Source: Octopus bimaculoides (Eukaryota). Taken from it: 64,000 nt of DNA. The notes beneath the pieces are model-generated. The model ran no database searches. It saw only the letters and a list, made by a program, of their open reading frames with translations, and was not told where the DNA came from. Location of the stretch: positions 17,530,483 to 17,594,482 of the forward strand of contig NC_068991.1 of assembly GCF_001194135.2 (NCBI RefSeq), written 5' to 3'. The position numbers and the translations under genes are program-made. Numbering within the stretch: position 1 is the first letter of the stretch; every line of letters starts with the position of its first letter. Of the stretch, positions 24,992 through 38,000 are shown piece after piece.

Positions 24992-27900
24992 TTACACATT
25001 CATATTCTTTTTTTCTTTTATTTGTTTCAGCCATTTGACTGCGGCCATGCTGGAGCACAGCTTTTAGTCGAACAAATCAACCACAGGACTTCTTCATTGT
25101 AAGCCTAGTACTTATTCCATCGGTCTCTTTTGCCGAACTGCTAAGTTACAGGGACGTAAACACACCAACATTGGTTGTCAAGCAATGGTGGTGGTGGGGG
25201 GGGGGCAAACACAGACACACAAACACACACATACGACGGGCTTCCTTCAGTTTCCATCTACCAAATCCACTCGCAAGGCTTTGGTCGGCCTGAGGCTATA
25301 GTAGAAGACACTTGCCCAAAGTGCCACGCAGTGGGACTGAACCATGTGATTGGTAAGCAAGCTACTTACCACACAGTCACTCCTGCACCTTGATATAAAT
25401 ACACAGATACATTGTCCCTATTTTCTATAGAGAGGCACTAATGTTAAATCATCCTGAAGATAAGACTAGAGTTCTAGAAATGTTACAGAAAGATTTAGGA
25501 AATTTATGGTTCTAAACACTGTTAGAGCACATATGAAATTCTTTCTAAAAAATTTTATGAAAAAAGTAAATAAAACCAGAACACTTGTAATTTCAATGCA
25601 GAATGTCTGGATGAGTCACAGACCCTGTCCCTAATTTCCACCAGGTAAGGAACAACTTAAAAATGGAAAAGTTAGTTTACTAAACTCCTTCAAATTCTTA
25701 CCTATTTTCAAATTATTTCAAATGATCCATCCAGCCACACACACACACACACACAAGTATGCATACATATTTATGAATATATCTTTCTATAAACACGTGT
25801 GTATAACAGACAGACACACACACACACAACATACACAGATATGTGTGTAGATTTATTCTTCATGAGTGGCCAAAACCTAGTATAGGCTGAAGAATGACAA
25901 GTGACGTAGATAAAAAAAAAACATACTTCCACCAAAATGAAAAAGTTATTTACTTTACTAAACTCTTGATTATTTTTCTAATTGTTTCGTATGAAAGCTA
26001 GATAGTGTATTTCCTTAGAAGTTTAAACATCAGCATCAAAAACTACTACCACCAAGATTATTCTAATAACACTGTGCAATGAAATTTTAATATTTTTTTG
26101 TCTTTGATCAGTAAGTATAATTTCGTATTTGCTTCTACCTAGAAATCAAAGAAAATGATTACTATTCCCCTTCAACTTTGCTTTTGTGACCTGGACATCA
26201 ATGTTTAGAAACCGACCTATTTTCCATTACATTTCAGACAAATCCAGTACTGGGTACTGAGTAGTGGCTGACAATATGTGCGTCTCTGATCACGAGTATT
26301 GGGGGAACATCATAGCCATGTGTTAAGAGGGGTTTATTTGGAGTTTGAATAAATGAAACAAAAGCAAAGTTTGAAGGAAATATTAGCCATTTTTCATACT
26401 TTCTATGGGGTAAGCAAATAGGAAATAATAGTTGCTATCCAAGGACATAAATCATACTACACAGTGTAATTACTGTTTCCTCTTTTGACTTCACTTAACC
26501 TCCATTCCAGGTTTACATTTTCATACAGTCACAATCAAGTTGACCAACAACGATTTTACTTAACCTACCTTATCAGGTCTTGGAGAAGAAACCCTCTCCA
26601 CTGGAGCAGATGAAATGTTGGAGCTGCTTTTCAGCTCATTGCTTTTGGATTGATGAGGCAGTTCGTTCTGCAATACCTGTTGCTGCTGTCTTCTTCGGTT
26701 GTCTGGTGGTGGTGGTGATGATGGAGGTGGTGGCACTAATGAAGGAAACTCCACTGAGGGCAGCGGTTGTTGCTTCTCCTCCAGTCTTGCAGTTTGTTCG
26801 ATGTTCTTCAAGTTGTTTGCTTCAACATCATTCTTTGTCCTGGGGCTCCTTACACTCTCAACACTTTTCACCTCTGACTGTTTCAACACTGGTTCTTCTG
26901 TCGTGTTGGCTGCAAACACGTCATCTTCGAAATTGTCGGTGGTGTTGTTATCGTTCTTGTTGCTAGTGGCATTGTTGTTGTAGTTGCCACTGATCCTGTT
27001 GCTTCTGTTGTTCTTGCTGTTGTCTTCGATGGTGTCACTTTTTTCCTTCTTTATCACAGTGTTATCACGTTTGGGGCTGATCGATGTTTGTGACACTGTT
27101 GTAGCATCACCTTTTCTCGAAACATTTTCATTTTGGAAACTCTGTCAAATGAAACCAACAAAATAGACAAGACAATTTATTAGACGAGATATATCATATA
27201 TTAGACAAAACAAATCAGAAAAGAAGATCATCATCATTTAATGTTCACATTTCATGCAGACATGGGTTGGATGGTTTAACAGGATCCAATGGGTCTTAAA
27301 AACTGCAGCATGCTCCAATGTCTGCATTGGCCTGATATTTATGGTTAGATGCCTTTCCTAATCACTAATCACTTTCCTAACACTAATCACTTTACAGCAA
27401 CTAGTGGATGTTTTTTTTTCATAACACCAGCAATAGTGAAGTTGCCATGCAGCCTATAAAACTAAGATCCTTCCTCTTCTTGTAGCTACGGTAGAAAGAG
27501 AGGCAGCTTTATGCAATGGGACAAGGGGTCAAAGTGAGAGAAAAGGGTTCAGAACAAGATTCTTGCTGTAAGGGAGCTAGACAGCTACTTACATTATAAA
27601 AAAGGGGATGGGAGTGACCAGGTGAAACTGGAGGGAGATAAAAAATAGGGGTGATGAGGTGTCAGGGAGGGCAAGAATGTAGGGGAGAGTGAGAGATAGA
27701 GTATGGATAAGAAGGTAGATACTATGATGAACAAGTGATTAAGGGATGATATGTGAGGAAAGTAGGGAAGGGTAAGCAACAACTGTAGAAAATGGGTGGG
27801 GTTGAGGGTGATCAATGATATGAGTTAGGGGATAAGAGATGACTGACAATGGAGAAAAAGCAGGCAGGATGGTGAAGAGCAGCAGAATAATAACAATAAA

Positions 27901-30900
27901 AACAATGTTACGTGTTTTGATTAAATGTAATTATCTTGATATATAAAAAAAAGAATGTATGTATGCTCTAAGTTATAGGCTGCAATTTTGCAACTCGACA
28001 GCTGAAATTTTGCTTAGGAGTACACCTTTCCAATGAGAATTCCATAGACTCCTCTATGTTTTCAGAAGGATAAGGAATGAGAAAGTCATCCATGTTTTGT
28101 ATCAACTTAGAGAGGATGTATGTATATCAGTTTTACAAAGCTAAATGGTGAGGACAAATTGGTTCCATTCTCAGTTCATTTATTAGTTGTCTTTGAAGTG
28201 AGGGATAAATTGTGATGTTCCATAGTACCATGTATAATTGTGTGTATGTGTCTAGGGTACAGGCATTACCAAATAACTAAGATGTTTAGTTTGTAATCAT
28301 TGCTGGATTTGATCCTAAGGTGTGGCATCTTATTACAAGTGTCTTGACCACCTGAGCATGGGAATGAAATTTGATACACAAAAAAATGTGCATAAGCCTA
28401 CAGGATGGACTGCACATGGACAAAATTGATCCTTTGAATAACAAGTGCAGCTCAAGTGACAGGTTTCCCACAGAGTTCCTACTTATACAATTTCATTCCC
28501 AAAGCCGTTGTAGAAGACACTTTCTCGAGAGGCCATGCTGTGAAAGTGAATCTAAGACCCCATGATAATGAAAAAAAGTTTATTGTGCGTATGTTGTGAG
28601 TATTGTATGTCTGTAGGCTACGTAGCATGTGCATGTGTGTTGCATGGCATGTGTCTGTTATATTGCGTGCACCTGTATGCTGTGTTGCATGTCTGTATGG
28701 GATGTTGCGTGTATCTGTATGGTATGTTGCGTGAATCTGTATGGTATGTTGCGTGTGTCTGTATGGTATGTTGCGTGTGTCTGTANNNNNNNNNNNNNNN
28801 NNNNNNNNNNNNNNNNNNNNNNNNNNNNNNNNNNNNNNNNNNNNNNNNNNNNNNNNNNNNNNNNNNNNNNNNNNNNNNNNNNNNNTGTTGCGTGTGTCTG
28901 TATGGGATGTTGCGTGTGTCTGTGTGGGATGTTGCTTGTGTCTGTGTGGGATGTTGCTTGTGTCTGTATGGGATGTTGCATGTGTCTGTATGGGATGTTG
29001 CGTGTGTCTGTATGGTATGTTGGGTGTGTCTGCATGGGATGTTGCATGTGTCTGTATGGTATGTTGCGTGTGTCTGTATGGTATGTTGCGTGTGTCTGTA
29101 AGGTATGTTGCGTGTGTCTGTATGGTNNNNNNNNNNNNNNNNNNNNNNNNNNNNNNNNNNNNNNNNNNNNNNNNNNNNNNNNNNNNNNNNNNNNNNNNNN
29201 NNNNNNNNNNNNNNNNNNNNNNNNNNNNNNNNNNNNNNNNNNNNNNNNNNNNNNNNNNNNNNNNNNNNNNNNNNNNNNNNNNNNNNNNNNNNNNNNNGTG
29301 CCTGTATGGGATGTTGCGTGTGTCTGTATGGTATGTTGTGTGTGTCTGTATGGTATGTTGTGTGTGTCTGTATGGTATGTTGGGTGTGTCTGTATGGTAT
29401 GTTGCGTGTGTCTGTATGGGATGTTGTGTGTGTCTGTATGGTATGTTGCGTGTGTCTGTATGGTATGTTGCGTGTGCCTGTATGGGATGTTGTGTGTGTC
29501 TGTATGGGATGTTGTGTGTGTCTGCATGTTATGCTGTGTATGTCTGTATGTTAAGTTGTGTGAATGTTGTGTGTTGTATGTATGTATGAGCACTTACATC
29601 ACTGGCAGGCAAACTGTCATTTTCTGTACCATCATCTGTGGAATTAAAATTTTTAAAACTCTTCCGTTTCTCTCTGAAAATATAGAAGCATAAAAAAAAT
29701 TAAAGACGAGTGGTAGAAATATTCAATGAGAAATGTTCTTCCAATTGTCTTGAATAACACCAGGTGCAAATTCACATTGGATAAAAATTAAAATACACAA
29801 ACAGGAAGATAAAGATTTGGGTACAAATTGAAGTTTTATTAAGTGGCTGATGGAGTGGTTCACTAATTTGTGCCTGAAGATAGAAGAGACACCAATGTCT
29901 TCAAGAATATATTTTATATTTTTTTTATCTTTTAGCTTATACTCGTTTCAATCATTGGATTGTGGCCATGCTGCAGCATCAACTTGAAACATTTAGATGA
30001 ACAAGTTGGTCTCAGAGCTTATTTTTTAAGTCTGTTACTTATTCTATCAGTTACTTTTGTTAACCTACTAAGCTACAGGAATGTAAACAAACCAACACTA
30101 GTTGTCAAGCATCACACACACACACACACACACATGAAGGGCTTTCACACAGGTTTTGTCCAACAAATTTTCTTACAAGATCAGCTGAACGGTGCCATAC
30201 AGTGGAATTGAACCAACAACCACATGGCTGCAAGGTAAGCTTCTTAACCACAAGGCCAGGTCTATGCCTATGTTTATTAAGACTCAGATATTATTTTTAC
30301 AAAATTTTAAATACAAACATCTGTGCTTGTTCAAATTTCACCAAAGTCAACTTGGCAGTTCATCCCTCCAAGGTCAATAAATAATGTAGCAGTCAAAAAA
30401 TATCGGGATCAATGATATCAATGAATGCTTCTCAAAATTGCTTGCCTTGTATCACATCTGATTTTACTTACACTGAGGTTGGTCAAGAGTCCTAGGACTC
30501 ATATGGCTAGAGCTTAACCCAGTTTCTACGGTGTGTAAGTGACTGAGATTGCAACACACCACACCTGGGCAAGATGCCAGTCTGTCAAATGGCCAACTTC
30601 CCAGTTACTGCTGAAGCTAACTCACAGCTGAGTAAAGTGGAGTAACATGAAATGAAGTATTTTTCTCAAGAGCACAATATGCTGCCCCTTCAAGAAATTG
30701 AAACCATAATCTTACAATCATGAGTGCAACACCCGAACCACTAGGTCACATGCCCTCTCTATCTAATACTAACCCCTCCAAAAAATTTAATGAGTAAAAA
30801 TAAAATGTAATTTTTTTCAATACATATGCTGTCATTATTTGAATGTACTTTGCACTGCTTACTATTATTACAAAGCACTAATATCTGAAAGAATTATGTT

Positions 30901-33133
30901 GCTATGTAGCAATACATGTTAATATTGTTTTCTATAGCAGTTCATTTCTTAGCCTAATCCTTATAGGATTTCATCTTTTATTATATAATCTACAGATCAG
31001 TCAGCATATGACACATTGAGCATATGACATACTGGTCGCAAATAACTTACTGCAAAGCAAAATTGAAAGAAGAAAAGGAAACACCTACATAGGAATGTAT
31101 GCTGAATAATCATTGATAAGTTGGTAGTTTCAAAACAAGCAACCAAAAGTAATAAAAATAGTGGCAATTGTTTGGTGCTTTCGTACATGGGATGGAGGGA
31201 GAATGAGGGGGAAAAGGTGCACAAGGAAATAAGGGCATAGTAAACACATTTATAGATAGTCAACTGAAGAGGTTTTGATTTTGAGTTATGAAATAAAAAC
31301 AAGAAAAATTGAAGCAATTTCACAAATTGTCAGATTGTTACAAAACAAATATTAGTGTGTTGTGGTTTCCGGGGCAAACCACAATCCACTAAACCAAGCC
31401 CCTCTTGAGGGGCTTAAGGGTTAATCAATTCCTTAGACCCCAAAACTTGTCTGGTGCTTTATTTTATTTACAGGAGAGGAACAAAAGGCAAAGCTGACTC
31501 TCGCAAGATTATTACCATTAATACCAACATAAAATAAAAAACAACAAAGTTCATTTCACAACCATTTTATTTCAGGCTCAATTCCAATGCACAACAGTTT
31601 GAGCTAATGTCTTTTGTAACAGACCTGAGCTGACCAAAGCCTTGTGAGTGAAATATAATAGATGGAAACTATACAGAAGCCTATAAGAACAGTTCATGTT
31701 CTTGGGTGAAAGACTAGTTTAACATTAACAGTTGGCTGATGACCTTTGAGTGTTTTTAACATGGCCCACTCTGTTGCTAGAATTTAGGACAGCTCTCTGG
31801 TTTGAAGATAATTTCCATATTACCATCCTTCCTCTCTTTGGTCATGGAGCCCCAAGATAAGATAATGGATGTTGCCATTCTTTCTCTGGGTCATGTATAA
31901 AAAATAAATAAATGAATAACAAGTAGAAGTAATATTTACCTGTCTTCAACCATTTCTTTGAAAGTCTTCACAGAACGTTTAGTTACCTGAGACGTCTCAT
32001 CTGGCTCTTCAAGTGCTGATAGAGACTTCCTACTCTGTCTCCGAAACTTCCAGGAAGCAAGGTTCTGCAAGCAATATGTGAAGATAATCATTAAAGACAG
32101 CAACATCAGTGATGAAAATGAGAGTGAAACAGGCTAAACATCTAGCTGAATTTAAGTACGTCTCTTTTATGCTCCCGTTTCAAATTATACTGAAGAGGGC
32201 AGAGTCAACACTGCCTTTCATCTTTCCAGATTCAATAAAACTATGTACCAGTCATATGATAGGGTTGATATTTATCAAAAGGATGTGCTATAATACTATT
32301 CCACATATACAAAAACAGCCATACCACCAATCCAACATACCTCCATCATCAGCTGCCCCACTGATATCACTATTGTTTCGACACCTGGGCAGTACCATTC
32401 AATCCGGTGGTGTCAAGAGCACTAAAATAAGTGTTGTTTGAGAACAAACATACCAAAGAAACCACAACTTTCAAACACATTTACCCTGTGTACAACCGTA
32501 TCAGTAAATAAATTCAATAAGTAAATCACAACCAACTCTAAAATACGTAACTAAACAGCAACCAATCCATTTAGTCATAGAAAAATTATATTCCCTACCA
32601 TCTTCCATAGTATAATATGTTGCCTTCCTGGCACTTGTGCCGGTGGCATGTGTAAAGACATTCGAGCGAGATTGTTGCCAGTGCCGCTGGACTGGCTCCT
32701 GTGCAGGTGGCACGTAAAATACACCATTTTGAGCGTGGCCGTTGCCAGTACCGCCTGACTGGCCTTCATGCCGGTGGCACGTAAAAGCACCCACTACACT
32801 CTCGGAGTGGTTGGCATTAGGATGGGCATCCAGCTGTAGAAACTCTGCCAAATCAGATTGGAGCCTGGTGTAGCCACCTGGTTCACCAGTCCTCAGTCAA
32901 ATNNNNNNNNNNNNNNNNNNNNNNNNNNNNNNNNNNNNNNNNNNNNNNNNNNNNNNNNNNNNNNNNNNNNNNNNNNNNNNNNNNNNNNNNNNNNNNNNNN
33001 NNNNNNNNNNNNNNNNNNNNNNNNNNNNNNNNNNNNNNNNNNNNNNNNNNNNNNNNNNNNNNNNNNNNNNNNNNNNNNNNNNNNNNNNNNNNNNNNNNNN
33101 NNNNNNNNNNNNNNNNNNNNNNNNNNNNNNNNN

Positions 33134-33198
<65 letters not shown>

Positions 33199-35031
33199 GT
33201 ATATATATATACATACTCATATGCACACGTACATACACAAGCAGTGCTCCAGTATAGCCACAGTCAAATGACTGAAAGAGATAAGAGAATAAAAACAAAA
33301 AGAATAAGAGAACAAAAATATGTGGGTAGGTGGATGCAGGATTCTAGAAAGGAATCACTGTGCTCATTCCCAACTTACTTGGGACCAGTCTTCTTCAGTA
33401 TCCAAAGAAACACTTTGACGAGTAACCTTGTTCTTCTCACATAGTGATATTTGTTTCTGGGCTGTCACTACCAGTGGGTTTGATTTTGGTTTGATGAACT
33501 GCAGTGGGTCATTGGAGCCGACAGATGTTCCCCGCTGCATTGATTTCCGCTGGGTGGAGCCCTCCACACTTCCAGATGACTGGCATGAATGACTGCTGGA
33601 GGACATGGCGTCAGCACTGTCAGCTGAAGCTGGGGACTTTCTGGTATCTGTCGGGATAGACAATAATTTGGTGATAAACACTAGCAGAAATAGACATGCA
33701 GAATGCAAGAAGAGAGAAGATATAAAAAGGAGGAGGAAGAAAAAGATGAAGAGGAAGGGAAAAATTTGATACAAAAGCAACAAAAACAAACAAGGAAAAT
33801 GCAAAAGAGCAGGATGGGGCGTGGAGTTGATGTAGAAATGGAGATATATGTGAAACAAGTTGAGATTTGCTTCTGATATTGATACAGTATGCAAAGAGTT
33901 GTTGGTGTGATATCTTGCGCAGTGCTGTCGCCATAGAAACACACTTTGTCAGTCTTGTCTCTATTTAACTGGTAACAGAAAGAGCAATCAGTCATAAGAA
34001 AAAAAAATCCACAAAAAAGTATGTTAAGAAGTACGTAAAGGTAAATATTAAAAAAAAATATTTCATCATAACACTACTTTAGATTAGCTTTCTTTAAAAT
34101 GGATAATAATTGCTTTTGATTTAAGCAAAAGATCAGCAATTTTGAGACAATGTGATGAGTTGATACCACTGATATCAGTACTTGACTGACACTTTATTTT
34201 CTGGAGCCTGGAAGGATGAAAAGGCAATCCTTCTGCAAATGCATGGGATGTTGTAGATGCAGTACTTATAATCTAATCATTTCTGCACAGGTTTAATAAA
34301 ATGACTGTCATTATTAAGCTGGTGTTTGGACTTGAAATTGTGATGAAGGTTTAAATTCAGATGACTTTAAGCCAGGAAGTTTGTACCATAGAACAAAGAG
34401 CAGTCTCAAGCAGGTTGGCATCAAAAGATTTAAGTCAGACTCTTATTTTAGCAGTCTCTTTTAACCAAACTGCTAAGATAAGGTATGCAAGCAAACCAAA
34501 ACAGTCATCAAGAGAAAATCACAAAGACACACACATAAAATGGGCTTCTGCACAGTTTCCCTCTCCCAAAGTTACTCACAAGGAATTGGTCAGCCTTGGG
34601 CTAAAGTGGAAGACACTTGCACAAGGCATTGCCCAGTATGACTGAACCCAAAACCACATAGTTGTGAAACAAACTTCTTAATCACACAACCAAGCCTCTG
34701 TTTATGTATTGGACTGTACTTTTAATTGGTGGCTCAGTAAAATATATCTGTTTCAACATCAAATATGTCAAAGGTACTAAGTTAATAGTTGAATAAACTG
34801 TCATTATTCTATGACAATACTTTCTAAATATAACTTTTGCTTTTCTTTTTCTTTGTGTATTTTAGGTTTTGCATTGAATATTACAGTTTATAAATACTTC
34901 ATTATAATAATAAAAAACAAAACCATTTAACAATAAAAAAAAGCCTATTTTCTGACAGAATTACTGAAAACCATTTGGTTTCTACATCATATGAATTTTT
35001 CTTTCTTTTCACTTCTCTTTCACACTTTTTA

Positions 35032-35064
<33 letters not shown>

Positions 35065-38000
35065 GTGTGAGTGTGTGCAACACATATTGTTTTTTTTCCT
35101 TTGTTCCTCCCTCGTGAAACCAATTCTTGTTGAAACTGAAAAAATTTCAAAGTCAACCATATTTGTCAACCCAAGTAGGTAAAAAAGTGAAAATATTCCA
35201 ACTGAGACAAGACCATCCAACATTCTTTTTCCTTTTACAGACATAGTGTTTCTAGGAATGCCTGAATCAACATCTGTTTTTCAAAATGGTAGGGTAGGAG
35301 TTCTCAATCATTTTTTTATCTATGGATCCCTTTGATTACGATTTTATTCTGGTGGATTTCCATCGATATTTGATGTTTAATAACTAGCTTTATAGCTATT
35401 TCTTTTAAAATTCCTATTTTGTTTTTCACATATTAACTTGTGTAGGCTGAACAGTGTAAACTGTTAGAGAAAGAAATCTCGCTGTTTCTTGCAATACGTA
35501 CCAAAATTTTCTCAAGGGCCCTTAAAATACTATTGTGGATCCCTAATTTACTATTTTGTTGTGTGGACCCCCAAAAATCTTATATGGACTCTCAGAGGCC
35601 ATATGGACCTTGGTTGAGAACCACTGTTATAGGGGGAGATTTGGCTGCTATTTCTAGCTGGTCTAGTAACCACATAAAGCCTTCCTTGATAGATTCTTAT
35701 TTTCTCCCCAAACCATCCCTCCTCCATCAGAATGGAATTATGAAAGTAGTCTCTCCTCTCACACACACATTAAAAAATATAGTTTCAGGACCACCATAGC
35801 CATGAAAAAGGGATAGGGGAAATCGAGTCTTACCGTCATACAGGTTTGGTGTGCTATGATAGATGTCGCTGTCAAAGCTCTTTGACTGCTGTAGTGAACT
35901 CAAGCTGTCTCCAAAGTGGTATATTCCAGATGTTGTGGAAGGCATTCCATCACTGCATATGCTCTGGTTGTCATCAGAACCCTTGGAGCCAATCGATTCA
36001 TAAGAGCTGTCACCAATGTGCTGGTCGTCGTCGGTGTACCGGCTCCCAATACCACTACTTCCACTGAACTGATCAGACTTTGAGAAATATTTGTTGGATT
36101 GCAATCGCTTGCTCTCCCACGAGCTAGAATATGCTGAGGTCTTCTCCGGGATCAGGTCAACGTGCTGATGTTCAAATAAACCAGCAAATGCGTTTGGGTC
36201 AATTTGGGGTCCCTTGAAATTCAATGCAATGACACTTTTGCCCAAAAAAAATATCGTTACAGCAACCTTTGAGGAAAGATAAAAGAAACAAAAAGAAAAT
36301 GAAAAAGAAAAATAAGATGTTGTTTAATGTATCATAGAGATGGATTCACAGAACATACACATGGATTAAATGAATCATAGAAGTGGGATAAATAAAACCA
36401 TAGAAGTGGGATAAATAAATCATAGAAGTGTATTAATGAACAAATAAAGGCGTATTAATGAACCATAAAGGTGTATTAATGAACCATAGAGGTGTATTAA
36501 TGAACCATAAAGGTAGATTAATGAACCATAGAGGTAGATTAATAAACCATAAAAGTAGATTAATGATTCATAATGGCAGATTAATGATTCATAATGGCAG
36601 ATTAATGATTCATAATGGCAGATTAATGATTCATAATGGCAGATTAATGATTCATAATGGCAGATTACTGATTCATAATGGTAGATTAACGAATCAGAGG
36701 TGGGTTGATGAATCAGAGGTGGGTTGATGACTCATAGTTTGATTAATAAATCATAGACGTGGATTACTAAATCATAGAGGTGGATTAAATGTTGATTTCT
36801 AACATAGGTACAAGGCTCAAATTTAATTGACCATAGGAAGGATAAAAGGGAAAGTAGACCTCAAGTAGGATTTGAATGTAAGAGTCATAGCTAAGTGCTG
36901 CAAAGCATTTTGTTTGGTGTAATTTGAACATTTGACTTATTTCTAGCAGGTCAAACAACCACAAAGTGGCTTCCTTGTTGGCTCATGTAGAATAATGTAG
37001 TATAGGAAAATGTCCTTCGTTTTGGTTTCAGTCCTACTGCATGCTACCTAGGGTGAGTGTCTTATACAATAACCTCCAGCCAACCAAACTCTTGTGGGTG
37101 GATTTGGTAGATAGAAACTGAAAGATCCCTGTTGTGTATGTGAGATCATTATCATTTTTTGTGTCCATTTTCCATGCTGGCATAAGTTGAGTGGTTTGAT
37201 AAGAACTGACAAACCGTGGACTGCACTGAACTCCTGACTGCTTTGGCATGGTTTCAACAGCTAGATGCCCTTCGGGTGCTTTTTCTTATAGCACCAGCAC
37301 AAGGAGGGTCACCAAGTAACTCCCATGACAAGACCTCTCAATAGAGTGATGCTACAGTAAGGTGGGAGGCAGCTTTATGCTATGGGATGAAAGGTTAAAG
37401 TGAGGAAGAAAGGGACAGAACAAATCAAGTTTCTTGCTGTAGGGGAGTTTCATAGAAACTCACATTTCAGAAGAGAGAGTGAAAGAGGCTGAGGTGGTGC
37501 CGGAAAGAGCTGAGGTGTTAGAGTAAATCTTCAAGATATGAGGTGAGTAGAAATGGGAGGGGACAGAAAAACAGGAAGTGTGAATGGGTAGAGGTGGCAA
37601 GAATGTATGGGAGAATGAGGGATGGCTAGAGGTAGAGAATGGGTGAGAGGGTGAATATCATGGAACACAACTGTCAAGAAGTGATAAGTAGGGGACATAA
37701 AGAAGAGAGACAACTGTAGAAATAGGGTAGGCTTCAGGTGGGGAGGAGGCTGAGGTGTGACCAATGAGCTGGGGGACATACNNNNNNNNNNNNNNNNNNN
37801 NNNNGGGGGGGGGGGGGGAAGATGACTGACTGCAGAAAATGGAGTGGATGGCAGTGAAGAGAAGTAGAATAGTAATAATATGGTATTCAGAAGAAGAGAG
37901 AGAGATAGAGAGAGAAGATGGGTAAAAGAGAGAGAGAATGATGACATGTTGTTAGGTAGGTTGCAAGAGTGTAAGGCAGATATAACAAATGGGGGGAGAG

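Noticed and set aside
24197-26402. Two ~140-bp direct repeats flanking exon g
   Set aside because: Diverged same-orientation copies of an interspersed repeat; they cannot pair in RNA
28620-29575. CRISPR-like array (also considered for 36380-36785 and 54185-54465)
   Set aside because: Head-to-tail tandem units with no unique spacers, no cas genes, eukaryotic intron context
28562-29693. Long Cys/Val- and His/Thr-rich ORFs of 150-354 aa
   Set aside because: Translations of the 22-bp minisatellite plus N gaps; the real exon is 29598-29673 on the minus strand
33681-33948. In-frame transmembrane-like extension of exon c
   Set aside because: T/C-rich tracts lack stops and translate as Phe/Leu by composition; better explained as the AG-free pyrimidine tract
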